Of a DNA stretch of 64,000 bases, positions 62,711 through 64,000 are shown one piece after another. How positions within the stretch are numbered: the first letter of the stretch is position 1; each line of letters starts with the position of its first letter. A program made the translations under genes and the position numbers. Under the pieces are notes generated by a model, which worked only from the letters and a program-made list of their open reading frames with translations, searched no databases and was not told the DNA's origin. Source of the stretch: a virus; the IMG/VR virus record IMGVR_UViG_3300025294_000154; one strand, written 5' to 3'.

Positions 62711-63555
62711 TATCCCTTCCTCCCCTCGGTCGCGGGCGCTCGGGCGGCGATGCGGGCTAACCTGCCGACGTACCGATTGAACTGCGCGCGAGGCAGGATC
62801 ATCGCCGTCTCGTCGTTCGCATCGACGTGCGAGCGCATGTCTGCGATCAGTACCTTTATCGCCTCCCGCATCTCCACCGTGGCGGGCGCGGGGTGCGCGT
62901 CGCGATAAACCCGATAGGCTTCCTGCCAAGCAGCCTGCGCGGCATTCTGCGTCGTCATGCTGTGCTCGGGGCAAGCCTGCTCGCGATCCCACCATTCGCG
63001 GAAAGCCGATTTCGCGGCTTCGCGTTCGGCTTGTGTCGCCTCACCCCTCGGGCTGGCGTCGCTGGCGAGGGAGGCGGGCCTAGAGACATCTTCGGGAAGG
63101 TAGTTGAAGGGGTCGACCTTCGTGAATACCGGCAAAGAGACGTGATCCGCATCGTTCACCGGCTCATCTGAAAGGCGCCAGTGCTCTTCGTTCAGACCCA
63201 CAGCGATCACGAGATGCCCGAACGGGCCATGCAGGTCCTGCGTCCGGCTAACGCAAACGTGCGGCGTGCCGTGGTGCGGGCAGCCCTCGTCTACGCAAAG
63301 CTCTGGAGCTTTCAGTTCCTCTGCCAGCGCTTCAATGACGATAGCGCCCTTAAGCATCAGCCCACGATCCGGCTCGGACGCGCGCAGGCGAGTGGCAATG
63401 TCCTGCCAAGTATCGAAGACGCTCTTCCTCACCCCGCTCCAGCTCGGAGCCGGCGCTGGGGCGTCGTTGGTCGTGGTCATGGGCGGGGTCCTTGAGACTG
63501 GTACGTTCTCGGGGAATGCGTGAAGCTTGGAATTAGGAATGCTCCATCTACTCAC
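62710..63555 (-). CDS. Mosaic phage hypothetical protein
   Basis: CVDEGCPHHGTPHVC motif; GTGA coupling with upstream ORF. Confidence 0.55.
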   Translation of the reverse strand: MSRWSIPNSKLHAFPENVPVSRTPPMTTTNDAPAPAPSWSGVRKSVFDTWQDIATRLRASEPDRGLMLKGAIVIEALAEELKAPELCVDEGCPHHGTPHVCVSRTQDLHGPFGHLVIAVGLNEEHWRLSDEPVNDADHVSLPVFTKVDPFNYLPEDVSRPASLASDASPRGEATQAEREAAKSAFREWWDREQACPEHSMTTQNAAQAAWQEAYRVYRDAHPAPATVEMREAIKVLIADMRSHVDANDETAMILPRAQFNRYVGRLARIAARAPATEGRKG

Positions 63556-63929
63556 GTCCGATCCTCCGGCGCTGGGGCAGAGGAGAGGGCGGCGGCCATT
63601 ACCTTCGCCATTCGTTCGGCGTCAGGGCCGGGGTAGACGCGAGCAACTGCCTCGCCCATGCCGCCGCCTGAGAGCACGTAATAGACGTGCCCCTTTGGCC
63701 CTAGCTCGCCAACGCCAACGACGTATTCAGGCGCCTCCACCCCGCTCGCCGGCAAGGCTTCAGGGGATGGGGAGGCGGAGAGACGACGAGCGGCTTCGCG
63801 CATCAGATCGCTGACGTATGCAGAGGATAGACCGTCGCGGCCATCGCCAGTCGCCGGCCAAGCCAAAAGCCGGTCAACCAACTCGTCGGCCACCGTCCCC
63901 TGCGCGGCGGGGGTTGAGAGAGGGGTCAT
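63552..63929 (-). CDS. Phage hypothetical protein
   Basis: GGAG RBS before MTPLSTP; coupled. Confidence 0.55.
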   Translation of the reverse strand: MTPLSTPAAQGTVADELVDRLLAWPATGDGRDGLSSAYVSDLMREAARRLSASPSPEALPASGVEAPEYVVGVGELGPKGHVYYVLSGGGMGEAVARVYPGPDAERMAKVMAAALSSAPAPEDRT

Positions 63930-64000
63930 GGGCGGAGCTCCCTTTGCGGGTAACAACGCTCAACAGCGGCTTGCCACATGGGCGTATTGAAGCCCGCTGC

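Larger units (their letters stand above)
1869..64000. mobile_element. Temperate prophage (lambda-like head, Mu-like contractile tail); right boundary not seen
   Basis: Integrase next to tRNA 3' end; complete immunity, replication, packaging, head, tail and lysis modules; no second copy of the tRNA-Asp 3' end noticed. Confidence 0.95.

Noticed and set aside
1869-64000. CRISPR array, diversity-generating retroelement, invertible fibre cassette, IS element
   Set aside because: No regularly spaced repeats, reverse transcriptase, template/variable repeat pair, invertase or transposase seen by eye
60590-64000. attR search for the tRNA-Asp 3' sequence
   Set aside because: No copy of GGTTCGAGCCCCGTCGCCCGCGCCA found by eye; boundary left open

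Overview
High-GC alphaproteobacterial DNA, probably Hyphomicrobiales/Rhizobiales (inferred from lon, gene content and GTTC-N7-GTTC LexA boxes). Bases 1-1868 are host chromosome: the 3' end of lon, tRNA-Val(TAC), a secreted-protein gene and tRNA-Asp(GTC). From about 1869 to the window end is a large temperate prophage integrated at the tRNA-Asp 3' end; no attR copy was seen, so it is >62 kb or runs into a second element. Its modules, in order: tyrosine integrase/xis and ERF-YqaJ recombination; cI/cro switch with identifiable operators; RuvC, MTase, DnaB, replication initiator and HU; lambda-like packaging and head (GpA terminase, portal, ClpP-capsid fusion); a rearranged Mu-like contractile tail; two receptor-binding blocks; lysis; DNA ligase, LexA-boxed UmuDC-like genes and SRAP; and a leftward operon of small phage genes. 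The strongest lead is a coupled, antisense three-gene moron between the tail-fibre blocks (42778-45304): polysaccharide deacetylase-like protein, left-handed beta-helix acyltransferase and an ACP fused to an LnmK-type acyltransferase/decarboxylase. It is a candidate acyl-ACP-fed surface-glycan re-acylation (receptor conversion) system. Other leads: Schlafen and ADP-ribosyltransferase-fold morons flanking a candidate sRNA, a HEPN-motif moron, a LexA-boxed two-gene unit beside cI, and a transglutaminase-fold gene after the tail fibre. All family assignments come from motifs recognised by eye; no searches or computations were run.
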